A DNA stretch of 64,000 nt from Octopus sinensis (lineage: Eukaryota). A program made the translations under genes and the position numbers. The number at the start of each line of letters is the position of its first letter. The first letter of the stretch is position 1. The notes beneath the pieces were generated by a model. The model was given only the letters and a program-made list of their open reading frames with translations, ran no database searches and was not told where the DNA came from. Location: NCBI RefSeq assembly GCF_006345805.1, contig NC_043007.1:5022001-5086000 (forward strand), written 5' to 3'. Of the stretch, positions 39,018 through 52,100 are shown piece by piece.

Positions 39018-41356
39018 TCTACTACATACGTGGAAAATTCTGTCTGTGTGTTTGTTTGTGGTGTTGTTAGCTAACTCCTCCTACATTGTTTTATTAATTT
39101 TGATGTCAGTCAGTCAGTCCACCTGTGCATGCCTTCCTTCTTGTGACACTTGTGAAGACCTGTTGAGGCAAGTGAAAATCAAAACAAATCAAAATAGATG
39201 AACATCAATGGAATCTGTATCTTTGTGGTACCAGTGCCGGTGGCACACACTTTGTGGTACCAGTGCCGGTGGCACACAAGAGAACCATCCGAACGTGGCC
39301 ATAGCCAGTTCCGCATCGACCGGCCTCCGTGCTGTGGGCACGTAACAAACACCATCCGATCATGGCCGTTCGCCAGCCTCATCTGGCACCTGTGTCGGTG
39401 GCACATAAAAACACCTTCCGAAGACCCAGCAAGACTAGTCAGTCCACCTGTGCATACCTTCCTTCTTGTGACACTTGTGAAGACCGGTTGAGGCAAGTGA
39501 AAATCAAATCAAATCAAAATAGACAAAATAGATGAACATCAATGGAATTTGTATCTTTGTGGTACCAGTGCCTGTGGCACACAAGAAATCCATCAGTGCT
39601 GTAGTCAGTGCGGTGGGCACATGACAAACACCATCCGATCGTGGCCGTTCGCCAGCCTCATCTAGCACCTGTGTCGGTGGCACATAAAAACACCATCCGA
39701 AGACCCGGCAAGACTAGTCAGGCCATAACCCATGGCCCCTACCTGGGACGTAGTCAGTCCACCTGTGCATACCTTCCTTCTTGTGACACTTGTGAAGACC
39801 TGCTGAGGCAAGTGAAAATCAAAACAAATCAAAATAGATGAACATCAATGGAATTTGTATCTTTGTGGTACCAGTGCCGGTGGCACGTGGCACATAAGAA
39901 AACCATCCGAACGTGGCCGTAGCCAGTACCGCATCGACTGGCCTCCGTGCTGTGGGCACGTAACAAGCACGATCCGATCGTGGCCGTTTGCCAGCCTCAT
40001 CTGGCACCTGTGTCGGTGGCACATAAAAACACCATCCGAGCGTGGCCGTCTGCCAGCCTCGTCTGGCACCTGTGTCGGTGGCACATAAAAAACACCATCC
40101 GAGCGTGGCCGTCTGCCAGCCTCGTCTGGCACCTGTGTCGGTGGCACATAAAAAACACCATCCGAGCGTGGCCGTCTGCCAGCCTCGTCTGGCACCTGTG
40201 TCGGTGGCACATAAAAAACACCATCCGAGCGTGGCCGTCTGCCAGCCTCGTCTGGCACCTGTGTCGGTGGCACATAAAAAACACCATCCGAGCGTGGCCG
40301 TTTGCCAGCCTCGTCTGGCACCTGTGTCGGTGGCACATAAAATCACCCACTACACTCTCGGAGTGGTTGGCGTTAGGAAGGGCATCCAGCTGTAGAAACA
40401 CTGCCAGATCTGACTGGACTGGTGCAGCTTTCGGGCTCCCCAGACCCCAGTTGAACCGTCCAACCCATGCTAGCATGGAAAGCGGACGTTAAATGATGAT
40501 GATGATGATGATGATGATGAAACTCGACATATGAGTAGAACTCATGTCTGGAAACCTCATGACATACTTAGATTGTTGAAAAAAATCAATAATAGGGCCT
40601 CTGGAAGGGATCCTTATATCTACTACATATAACAAATTTATTTTATAAAATAGCAAAGGGAAATAACCCATTTGCTCCTGGAAGGGATCCTTAATATAGC
40701 CAAGGGAAACAACCCATTTATCTTTGTAAATCAATTGGTATAAATCAAATTGAGTATGCTTATTTCTTAGTATTTGAACTGTTAGACTTATTTTCGCAAT
40801 TTATCCAGTACAACCCTTTAACAAGTAAATAGTATTTTCCTAAACAATAGAGTCACTTATTTCAGTTAGTGACTTATTCATGAATATACCAACACTACCA
40901 CCGTTGAGGATAATATCCTATGGGAATGTACAAAAACCCTTTTCAGAGTTATTTACTTTGAATTGTTATTATCTCATATCTGATTAAGCCTGTTATTACG
41001 TAACACACTTCACGATTTTAGTATACATACCTTATTAGTATTTTCTCCTAAGTTTCTATATGCTCTGGGAACGTATTAAAGCCCATTTTGGGGCTACTTT
41101 ATTTGAATTCTTACTATCGGGTAATTAATTTCATGCTATTACATAACTGACTTACAATTTGGGTATTCATAACTTATTGGGAATTCCTAAAAACAAGATC
41201 CTGTGTAAGACAGTTCAGTATTCTATGTAAATGCACAAAAACCATTTTAAGCACTACATACTTTGTACTGTTGTTACTGGATTAGCAAAACAATTCTGAG
41301 AACGGAACCAAGGGATAAGCCCCACTTTCCCGCGAATTACCGGATACATCAGCTAG
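39018..41356 (+). mobile_element. Helitron interrupted by the RTE insertion at 39110-40518
   Basis: A|TCTACTAC start; TTTTGATG|...|AAACTCG rejoins across the insertion; degenerate hairpin + CTAG|T end. Confidence 0.65.
39110..40518 (+). mobile_element. Young RTE 3' end, reiterated three times, with a 63-bp array
   Basis: Block AGTCAGTCCACCTGTGCAT... restarts at ~39112, ~39437 and ~39752; near-identical 63-bp units at 39960-40340; (GAT)n tail. Confidence 0.85.
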
Positions 41357-42235
41357 TATATATATATATATATATATATACACTGTTGTGTCTGGGGAGA
41401 GTCATTCTCTTTTAGTGCCTCATAATTTAACATACTCCCCAGTAAAATATCCACTTATTTCTTTTTTATTTTCAACCTTTTCAATACTTTTGACTCTTGA
41501 AAAGGTTGCAAGATGGAACCTGTAGAAGAGGTAGACCCAGGAAGACATAGGATGAGGTGGTGAAGCATGACCTTCGAACGTTGGGCCTCACAGAGGCAAT
41601 GACAGGAAACTAGGACCTTTGGAGATACACTGTGATTGAGAAGACCTGGCGACTAAAGTGAGAGTGCAGCCATGGCCAATGCCAGTGTTGTATATCCAGC
41701 CCATTTCAGAGTACCTTTGATGTGTTGGGCAATATAATATGCTTGAGAAGACCTGTTGAGTCAAGTAAAACCAATATCATAGCTGTGGCCAGTGCCCCCT
41801 AATAGGCTCCCATGCCGGTGGCACATAAAAAGCACCAACCAAACATGACTGATGCCAGTACCCCTTGATTGGCTCTTGTGCCGGTGGCATGTAAACAGCA
41901 CCATCCGAACATGGCTGATGCTAGTGCCCCTGGACTGGCCCCTGTGCCGGTGGCATGTAAAAGCACTATCCAAACATGACCGATGCCAGGCCCACCTGAC
42001 TGACTCCTGTGCTGGTGACATGTAAAAAGCACCCACTAACTCTCAGAGTGGTTGGTGTTAGGAAGGGAATCCAGCTGTAGAAATTTTGTCTGATCAGATT
42101 GGAGCCTGGTGCAGCCATTGGCTCTCCAGACCTCAGTCAAACCATCCAACCCATGCCAGCATGGAAAATGGACGTTAAACGATGATGATGATATATATGC
42201 GCATATGTACATGTGTGTATATAAATATACATGTG

Positions 42236-42267
<32 letters not shown>

Positions 42268-44145
42268 CATATGTATGTATATATACATGTACACATTTGC
42301 ATAAAGAGACTAGCTTCTTCTAGCTTCTGTCTCCCGAATCCATTTGCAAAATTTTGGTCAGTCTGTGGCTGTGGTAGAAGATACTTGTCCAAGGTGCTAC
42401 ATAGTGGGACTGAACCTGAAACCATGTGGTTGGTAAGCAAACTGATTAACCACACATCCACACCTATGCTTATGACCCTGTAGAACTAAATTGAGACACC
42501 CAGGGTTTATCTTGTGAAGTTTCATCAAACAGGCAAATTTCTTTTTCTTTTGTGTTGGGTGTTCTGCAAATTTTGCAGAAAAATGCAAATAGAGACAACA
42601 CACGAACAACTCAACATTATCAGAAATTTTTCATTCAAAATGGAAATTCTTAGCCAAAGAGGAAAAGAAAAAATTGCACACAGAGGACATTTATTTGTAT
42701 TTAAGTTTAGTTAAAGGGAATTGTTTACAACTTTCAGTAAATTTCTCATTTAATTTTAGCCTTGTATTAAAAATGTATAGTTTGTCAATTACTTTTATTT
42801 GAATTTTAACATTTATGCCATGTATTAAATTAATCTTTTATAAATACCTGATAATGTTATAACATCATCATCATCATCATCGTTTAACGTCCGCTTTCCA
42901 TGCTAGCATGGGTTGGACGGTTCGAGTGGGGTCTGGGAAGCCAGGAGGCTGCACCAGGCTCCAGTCTGATCTGGTAGTATTTCTACAGCTGGATGCCCTT
43001 CCTAACGCCAACCACTCTGTGAGTGTAGTGGGTGCTTTTTACATGCCACCTGTACGGAAGCCAGTCGAGGTGGCACTGGCAACATGAATAAAGTTATAAA
43101 ATGAATAAATTATTTATTTGTCAAATTTCCTGGTATTGAGTTGGTCTTGGTGTTACGTTGGCAGCGTTGAGTTGTCCTGCAGCCAAAAATTGAGAGTTGT
43201 TAACAGTCTTTTCAGCAGATCTATTGTTCCTAGCATGCTCTTTTCATGGAATGATCAAATCCCTACAATTAAAAGGTGGAATTCTTGGACTATATTCCAG
43301 TTACAAGATCTGGACCTGTGTGTGGGTGGGTGGCGGTCCAGTTTGGTAATTTCTCAAAACCTTTTTTTTTTTTTATCCCAGCACTGTGTAATTTATTTCC
43401 CATTATTATTTTTGTTCATCATATTTGCAACAACCTTACACTTGCTCCCCCCTTCGTTAACTGCTTCAGCTTGTCATTTCTTTCTCATTTAGACTTACAA
43501 ATCGAAATCGATCAAAAAGTCAATGGAAATTGTAATTAAGATACCAGTGCCGGTGGCACGTAAAAGAACCATCCGAACGTGGCTGTTGCCAGCGCCACCT
43601 TGACTGGCCTCCGTGCCGGTGGCATGTAAAAAGCACCAACCGATTGTGGCCATTGCCAGCCTCTCCTGGCACCTGTGCCGGTGGCACGTAAAAAGCACCC
43701 ACTACACTCACGGAGTGGTTGGCGTTAGGAAGGGCATCCAGATGTAGAAACTCTGTCAGATCAGACTGGAGCCTGGTGCAGCCTTCTGGCTTTCCAGACC
43801 CTGGTTGAACCGTCCAACCCATGCTAGCATGGAAAGCGGACGTTAAACGATGATGATGATGAATGGCATTCAATTAATTTTTGTGATGACACCAACTTTT
43901 ACAGTCACCATCATCATCATCATCATTCTAATGTGCATTTTTCCATGCTTGCTTGGGCCAGATGGAATTTGTTGGGGCAGATTTTCTCTGGTTGGATGCC
44001 TCTCCTGTCACCAACCTTCTTCTGTTTTCTAGAAACGTAATATTTCCCTATGTCCAGACATGTTTCCATGGAACACTGGAAATGAATAATACTTCTCGCA
44101 TGATGGTAACTTCCGTTTAGAATTATCACATGATGTCAAGACAAA

Positions 44146-44185
<40 letters not shown>

Positions 44186-45269
44186 TTTCAGATTCTGTCT
44201 ATTAAATCCACTAGCAATGCTTTTGTTGGTTGACCAGGGATTATAGTAGAAGATGCTTTCTCAGGGTAGTGGGATTGAACCTAAAACCACATGATTGGGC
44301 AGCAACCTTCTTAACCACTCAACCATGCCAGTACCTTTAAAACGATGGTATCTAAAAAAGCAAAACGGTATGAAACGAACAATCGCAAGTACCACATTCG
44401 ACCAACAGAAAGAAACAACAGCAGTAATGTACAAAGAACACATCAAACCCAACATGGACTACACCAGTTCCACATGTGGCCTTAGTCTTTCCACAACAAA
44501 CCAGTGCAATACTTATTGACAGACTTTGTAAAAGCACAAACCCAGAAACTCTCCCCTACATAAGACAACGAAGTGGGTTCTTACCGAGTTGTAACAAAGA
44601 AACTCCTCTCTAAGGCAGAAACTATTTCTGAAGATTTGAAAGAAGAAGAAACTGAAAATTAAAAAGTATTCTTTCGAATGTGTTTTGCTTTATTCTTTAT
44701 TCGGTTTGCCATTACCCATATTTTGTTACTGTTGATGTTGCTGTCATTGTTGAGCGAAGCGGTCTTCGTCCCTTTAGTGGGAGAAGTCCGAAACGTGGTC
44801 CTTTGCTATTCGTAAGACCCGCAGAAGAGAAAGCAGGTCAACCCCCGACTCACCGAGAGCATTGACAGATGGATGAATGCGCATCCAGTTTCAGTGGTTG
44901 CGTAGGAAGTCGGGGACAAGAAACAGGAAGAAAGAGCGAGAGAAAGTTGGGGTGAAAGAGTACAACAGGGGTCGCCACCACCCCCAGCCGGAGCCTTGTG
45001 GAGCTTTAGGTGTTTTCGCTCAATCAACACACACAACGCCCAGTTTGGGAATCGAAACCGCGATTCTCCGGCCACGAGTCCGCTGTCCTAACCACTGGGC
45101 CATTGCACTTCCACTTATTGTTGATGTCTACATAAGTAAAAGCAAAAACATCACAAAATTAAGCACAGAACTAAACAAGAAGACCAAGTTCACGGCTGCT
45201 CCATGAGAACCAAATGTAGCTGGATTGACCCCTTTAAATACAGACTCAGAAGACAAATACTCAGCATAC

Positions 45270-48200
45270 CATGTGGGGGTGCGGTGGGGGTACATAACCT
45301 GTAAACTGCAAAATGCCAGCAACATTGACAGGAAGAATAGCTTCTCCTGGATCTGTGGTAAGTTCATCACGTCTCACTGAGAAGGCTATGCCTTTGCAAT
45401 CCCAAAACGAAAGATTTAGGCTAAACATCCGATCACTGAGAGACAGATGGTCTCTAAACCTTACACTGTAACAAAAAGTGTTGGTTGTGCCTAACTGTTA
45501 TATCCTTAAAATTTTAGATTGTTATAACACCCACTTCCGTATACAATATACTTAGTAAAACCAATAAGACACGACTATCTCTGACCACCTACTACGTACT
45601 CTCTTTATTCATAATGACTAAGTCATTCCATTCATCACATGGGAGTTGTGTACCATTGTTACTAATTCCCTACAACATCTCCCCTTTTAAGTTTTTCGTA
45701 GGAAGTGTCATTTTATTTAACAATAATATTTTTTATTCACCCCCACCTCCTGCTGCCTTTCTGCTCTTTAAGCTCTTCACGGCTTTGCGAATTTCTGGCT
45801 CGGTGATTTCTCCCGTGTGGATATTGAGCGGGAACCCTGGCCTCAATTCTGGCGGCTCTTGGGGTGGAGGGCGGTTAAGTGTTTCTTGGAAGTGTTCCTT
45901 TCATCTCGCTATACACGCCCAAAGAAATTATGATTGTCGGCGCACTAGGTAATTGACGACGCTATTCTATAGGAACGCCTATATATATTATTACACTAAA
46001 AGATAATGACCATTAACTCTAAATCGTAACAAGCAATCTGACGATAAACAATGAACATAGTGGACCGTGCAATCAGCTGTATCACAGGGAGCCTGTTATC
46101 TCTTCTAAAATTAGTGATTTAAATAGAATTTTCCCACTTTATATAACAGGGGCATTCTTTCGATAAGGGTTATAATGCCGAGAAAGAGAAGAAAAAAAAA
46201 CAACAAAAAAGCAGGTCATCACTTTGTATTGAAAAGTTGGGGCACTGGGAAACCTGTGTAATGGCTATTGAGGCACGCTAGCAGGGTCTTTTCTATTTTA
46301 GATTGGCACTTAGAATAACTTTCAGTATAATTTGCTATGTTACGGACTGAGCAGTTATTTTGGGTGTAAGTGCTTGTCCATACATCTATGTGTATGCATA
46401 TAGGGGGCTAGGGCAGTTTCGAAGCTCTCCTTGGAAAATGCATTAAAAAAAACCTTTTTCGGATTCCTATGTTTTAGATGTCAAGAGATTACGAATATGC
46501 AAAAACAAAATAGATTTTTTTAAAACTTCATCCACCCCGCCTCCTTGACAATTTTTGATTTTGTTTACTTGGATGGTATCAAATTGACGAGCAATAAGCA
46601 AATCGAAATTAAATACAGAGGAAAACATTGAAGTGAAAATAATTTGCGTTTTACTCGTGTTTGCCTTAAATAATCATCGTAAATAACAATTTAATGCAAA
46701 TTAAATATACACCATTTTATGTGAAACAAACATTGATGTTTAATAATTAATGTTGTAAAGTTTAAATAAGGGGCTCAAATCTCACCCTCTCCCTCAATTT
46801 TATATTTTGAACTTTTTCATCCATTTATCTATTTATCCCTGTCCGTTTATTCATAAAATACATTTGTCAACTAAATGTGGCGGTCCTATAGAAGAAGAAG
46901 ACAGTTGTTACTGTTGTTTTTAGCCCCAGGAAGACATTCATATCTATCTCTTTATACACTTTTCTATATGATTATTGAATTTAAAATGTTGAAAACGCAA
47001 TTTCTTGCAATATTCGGAATCTACGTCATCTAAAACATGGGAGGGGGGACTGCATTAGCCCTCCTCCATATATGTACGTGTCTATACTTATGTGTTTATA
47101 AACATAAAGGTCGGAGGTAAAGACAACGGACCGCACCCCCTTTGGGGTGTCTTTTTTTTTTTTTACAGTAACCCACAATATCGAGTGCGAAGATTCCGAA
47201 TCTGCAAAATTTAACCCCCTCCCTTTCCACCACCCCTAAATTTCTCCAATTTTCACTTTAAAAAATTTTTTTCTTGGTGAAATACGTAAAAGAAAAATAC
47301 GGAGATTATAATTACGAGAAAAAATTCTGTAAACTTTCAATTTATCAAATAAATAAATTAATTAAATAAACACCCCACCCCTCCGCCCTGAAGTGAAATT
47401 AAAGTGTTTTGTCTACTAATATTTCATGACGAACATAACCCAACATGTTGTGGCCAGGGTCTTTTGGAATTAAGAGACGTATGTAAAAGTTGGATTTCTA
47501 GCACACACACAGCAAAATGACAAGGAATATACTTTCATTTTGTTGGCAGATTCATTTGTCAGAAGAAAAAAAAAAAGTGTCTTGTAGTATTTGTTCAGGA
47601 CCTGTACGTTATGAATTCAAATTTTGCCGATATTAACTTTATCCTTTCACCCCACCGGAATCGATAAAACAAAATATTAGCCAAGTCCTGGGGCGGATGA
47701 GTTCAATATTATCGCTTAATCACAGGTATGTCATAAACATGTCATAAACAATTACGGTCGTGTAGCTAAATTATAAACAATTATATAACTAGATTTTCTA
47801 TTTGTCATTTTGTTGTTATTCTCTTAACAACAAAATGACAAATAGAAAAAAACAGAAAAAAAGCGATTAATGTAAAGCAAGCACAAATGGTTTTTCGTTT
47901 TTTAAATATATAATGATCAATCGGTGAAGCTATTTTCATCGTAAATAATATAAAAGCGAAATCACATGAAAATTAAAAGAAAACAAATTATCTACAGGGT
48001 GTCCACGAAGTCTGAGTACATGGGGATTAACACATACTTTAAGAAATTATTATTTCTTATATTTAATTCTTTGTTATGATTTTATTTACTCCATGTACCC
48101 ATATAGGGATTAACACATACTTTAAGAAATTATTATTTCGTATATTCAATTATGTTATGATTTTATTTACTCCATCTACCCAGACTTCGTGGACACCCTG

Positions 48201-49117
48201 TACAACAGATCGTAAAGTTTAGTTACTTACAAGACATAAATAAAATCATGAACTGGGACGACATCTGATGAGGTAATTGACATGTCATGTGCCCTGCAAA
48301 ACACTAATTGCTTTCTCTAAGTGCTACTTTCTCTCTAATGTCACACACTCAGCGGAAGTCGAGCAAGCGATGGCGAGCATGTGCGTTGGATCCTCCACAC
48401 TTTGTTGATACACGCCTGGCAAGAACAGCTGTTGTTTATATTTATTATCACTTTTTCCTATTTTTCTGAGATTAAAAAAAAGCCTTATTTCTACAGTCAG
48501 TCGGTTGGGGGAAGCTACAGTTTCGTCAGCAGATGACATATTCGAAGTCATTATACAAAGTAATTCCTATGGAATAACTACATTTCGTGCATTCCTGTAG
48601 AATAGAGTCGGAAATTATCTAGCGTACCCAAAACCGTAATTTCTTTAGGTCTGCATCATTGATATCAAATTAGTGGGAGGAATGGATATTCACCTCCTCT
48701 CTATCTTCGTGTAATTGTTCAGTTTTCATATTTATGCTTTAAACACATGAAATTAGGATTTTTCAAAAATTTACGTTTTTTTGTTGTTTTTTTTTTTATA
48801 TGTATGTTTTAAGCATCCGCTATTTAAGATTCTGCTCCAATCCACCAAAAAGATAGAAAAGAAAAGAAAAGTGGGAGATTCCGCACTCATTTTCCCTAAT
48901 TTTCTTATTTTGACTATCTTTCGAATTTTATTTTTCTTTCTTTCAGATGTTTGCTATTTTTCGAAAAATGTCTAACATTTATGATAAATATACTCAAGAA
49001 CTAAAAAAAATTACAGAAAAGGGGGAAGGCACCCTGTTTTTTTTAATAGGCGCAGGCGTGACTGCGAAGAAGTTTCCTTCCCAACCACATGGCTCACTGC
49101 GTGACAACTTGCGCAAG

Positions 49118-49195
<78 letters not shown>

Positions 49196-52100
49196 TGTGT
49201 GTGTGTAAGGAGTAATTATTATGAAGCATTGTGTAGAATATATTGTATAAAGGATCGTGGGTAGGGCCAAAACCAGGCGAAGTAAATCACAAGAAAACAA
49301 ATATGTGAATTAATGGCAACATACATCAATTTCTTGAAAATGGGGTCATAACCTAGAAATATTGAGTACAAGGTGTGTCTACATTAATTCACATATTTGT
49401 TTTCTTGTAATTTACATTGCATTTACTTCGCATTGTTTTGGCCTTACCCACGACCCTTTATACAATATATATATATATACTGGGGTTGGACAAAATAATG
49501 GCAACACTTTAAAATTTCAAACAAATTTACTTTAAAATGGGGTAACACCATCTTTGGCAGTAATTACAGCTTGAATTCTATGAGGTATGGACTCATACAA
49601 AGTTTGAATTGTTTCCAAAGGAATTTTTGTCCATTCTTCAGCTAAAACAGTATCCACTTCTTGTTGTGAAGATGATGGAGAATATCGACTCCTTACTCCC
49701 TCAACTGCTTCTTGTTCACGGGGGGGGGGGGGTTACCCACAAGTCTCGGGAGTGGCCATGGTAACAAGAATAGGCCCCCAACTATATGAACCTTTTTGGT
49801 GGCTACATTGAGGCCAAAATATTGTCAGGATTCACTGGTCCCACTCTCAAACTATAGACTCGTTATATTGACGACTGAATCGGTGCTACCTCGCTCTCCC
49901 ACGAACAACTACACTCCTTCCTCTCTTTTGTCCAATCCTTCCATCCTGCCTTCGAATCCTCCTGCCCCATTTCCAACACTTCTGTCGCATTTCTCAACAT
50001 TTCGCTCAACATACACAACTCTGCTCTCACCACCTCCATCCACTACAAACACACCGACTCACACTCCCACGTTAACTTCTCCTCCCACCCTACCCACACA
50101 AAGCTCTCCATCCCCTACTTCCAATTCCTCCGTCTGCACAGGCTCTGCAGTGAAAAACATGACTTAGGGACTCAGTCTCAATTCATGGCTCGCCACTTCA
50201 TCCTTCGTGGATACCTCCTGACACAGCCCTTGCCAGAACATGAACCATGGACCATGCCTCTGTTCTCTGTCCCTGCACCCACCCTGGCATTGCCTGTCTC
50301 CCATTTTCCCTCACCTACCGCCCCCTCCAACGCACCATTCTCCAAGCCTTTCAGCAACTCCAGTCTGACATCTCCAGTTCACACATCTTCCCCAACCTAC
50401 CCCCTTGCCTCCTTCAAGCAAACCTACAACCTGCATGACCTCCTGGCTCACAGTTTCTTCCCTACCCCTACCTCCCAACCTGGCTTGCTCCCTCCTGTGC
50501 TGCTGCACTTACTCCTGCCTTTCCAACACCATCATCCTCACAGGCACCCATCACCATCCCTATCACAGGCTCCTCTATCTGCACTTCTAGCAGTGTCATT
50601 TACTGCATCTCCTGCTCTTCTCTGTACATTGGTCAAACAGGACGCCACTCGGTTCACGGAGTGCCTCTGAGACATCAGACTCAGCAATAACACCCTGGTC
50701 ATTCACTGCAACATCTGTCTGTGTTCAGATTGTCTTTGCACAGGAGCCATCTGGACTCCTGCCTTCACCGTGAATAGGAATTAATCTTCTCTCTTCACTC
50801 CTTTGCACCACATAGGTTCAACTCTCCTCCTATCTTCATCTGACATTTACTTCTTCTCTTCACTCCTACCCACCTCTCCTCTCTTCCTCTGACACCTACT
50901 TCCTCTCCTCAGTCCTATACCACTTCTCACTTCGTTGATACCCACCCTACCCCACTCACACCCCTACCCCACCCACACCCCTACCACCACATCACACCAT
51001 CCTACACTAGCACTGACCACTTCCCAGCACCCACACCATCATCCACACACCCACATATTACAGATGCACACACACGCACACATCTATATACGTCAAAGTC
51101 ACTAGCCCCTATTCACACGTACACACACTTACACATTCTTACATTCACATTCATGCACATGTACCTTCGGTATGGGATCACCAATACTTTATTATCTCCC
51201 CTTCTTTCTACCTCTCCTGTAAAACCTTTTTTTTTTCCCAACCAGTCTCCATGCTTGACTGCTAAATCCACAAGTTTTTTTATATTCTGTCTCTATTTAT
51301 TTTCTCTCATTCCTTTCTGTTGAAGAGCTTAGGCTCAAAACATAAAAAAGTTTCTCACTTTCCTGAGCATCAAACTAATGCACCTGTCTTTTGTTTTTCT
51401 GTAAATTTCATGGCGCTGGTCGATGCCAGTGCCACCTTGACTGGCTTCCGTGCTGGTGGCACGTAAAAAGCACCAACCGATCTTGACCGTTGCCACCTCC
51501 TCTGGCACCTGTGCTGGTGGCACGCAAAAAGCACCCACTACGTTCTCGGAGTGGTTGGCGTTAGGAAGGGCATCCAGCTGTAGAAACTCTGCCAGATCAG
51601 ACTGGAGTCTGGTTTGTCAGACCTCAGTCAAATCGTCCAGCCCATGCCAGCATGGAAAACAGACGTTAAACGATGATGATGATGATAAACAGGCGATGGG
51701 CTTCTTTCAGTTTCTATCTACCTAATCCACTCACAAGGCTTTGATTGATCTGTCACTAAAGTAGAAACACTTACCCAAGGTTTCACACCATGGTACTAAA
51801 TCTGGAACCATGTCCCCCCATTGCACGACCAAGACTGCATTCTTACTTTCAATAGAGGGTTTATGTGCAGGTTTGATGAGTCAACTATATTGCTAAGAGC
51901 AATAATAAACATGAAGCCAAAGGTTTCAGACAACCTATAACCAACAACTACATTAAATGTATGGATGGATGGATGCATGCATGCATCAGTTTTATTTCAA
52001 GATTTCTTGTCAATAGAGAAAGAACTGGTTTCTAACCTAGATCCAAGGCTCCTTCATTGGAATTCCAATATCAACAACAGGCTATTTTTGTATGTATGTA

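Noticed and set aside
39960-40340. 63-bp direct repeats (also 1170-1410) as a CRISPR array or repeat protein
   Set aside because: No unique spacers, no cas genes, eukaryotic context; they belong to the RTE 3'UTR, and the 21-aa repeat ORFs are incidental
45128-45370. 80-aa two-hydrophobic-segment ORF as a standalone gene
   Set aside because: No recognisable family; it overlaps, in another frame, the better-supported candidate exon 45270-45465
48324-48551. 75-aa ORF as an exon of the candidate gene
   Set aside because: Bounded by in-frame stops, and I could not connect it in phase to a convincing donor
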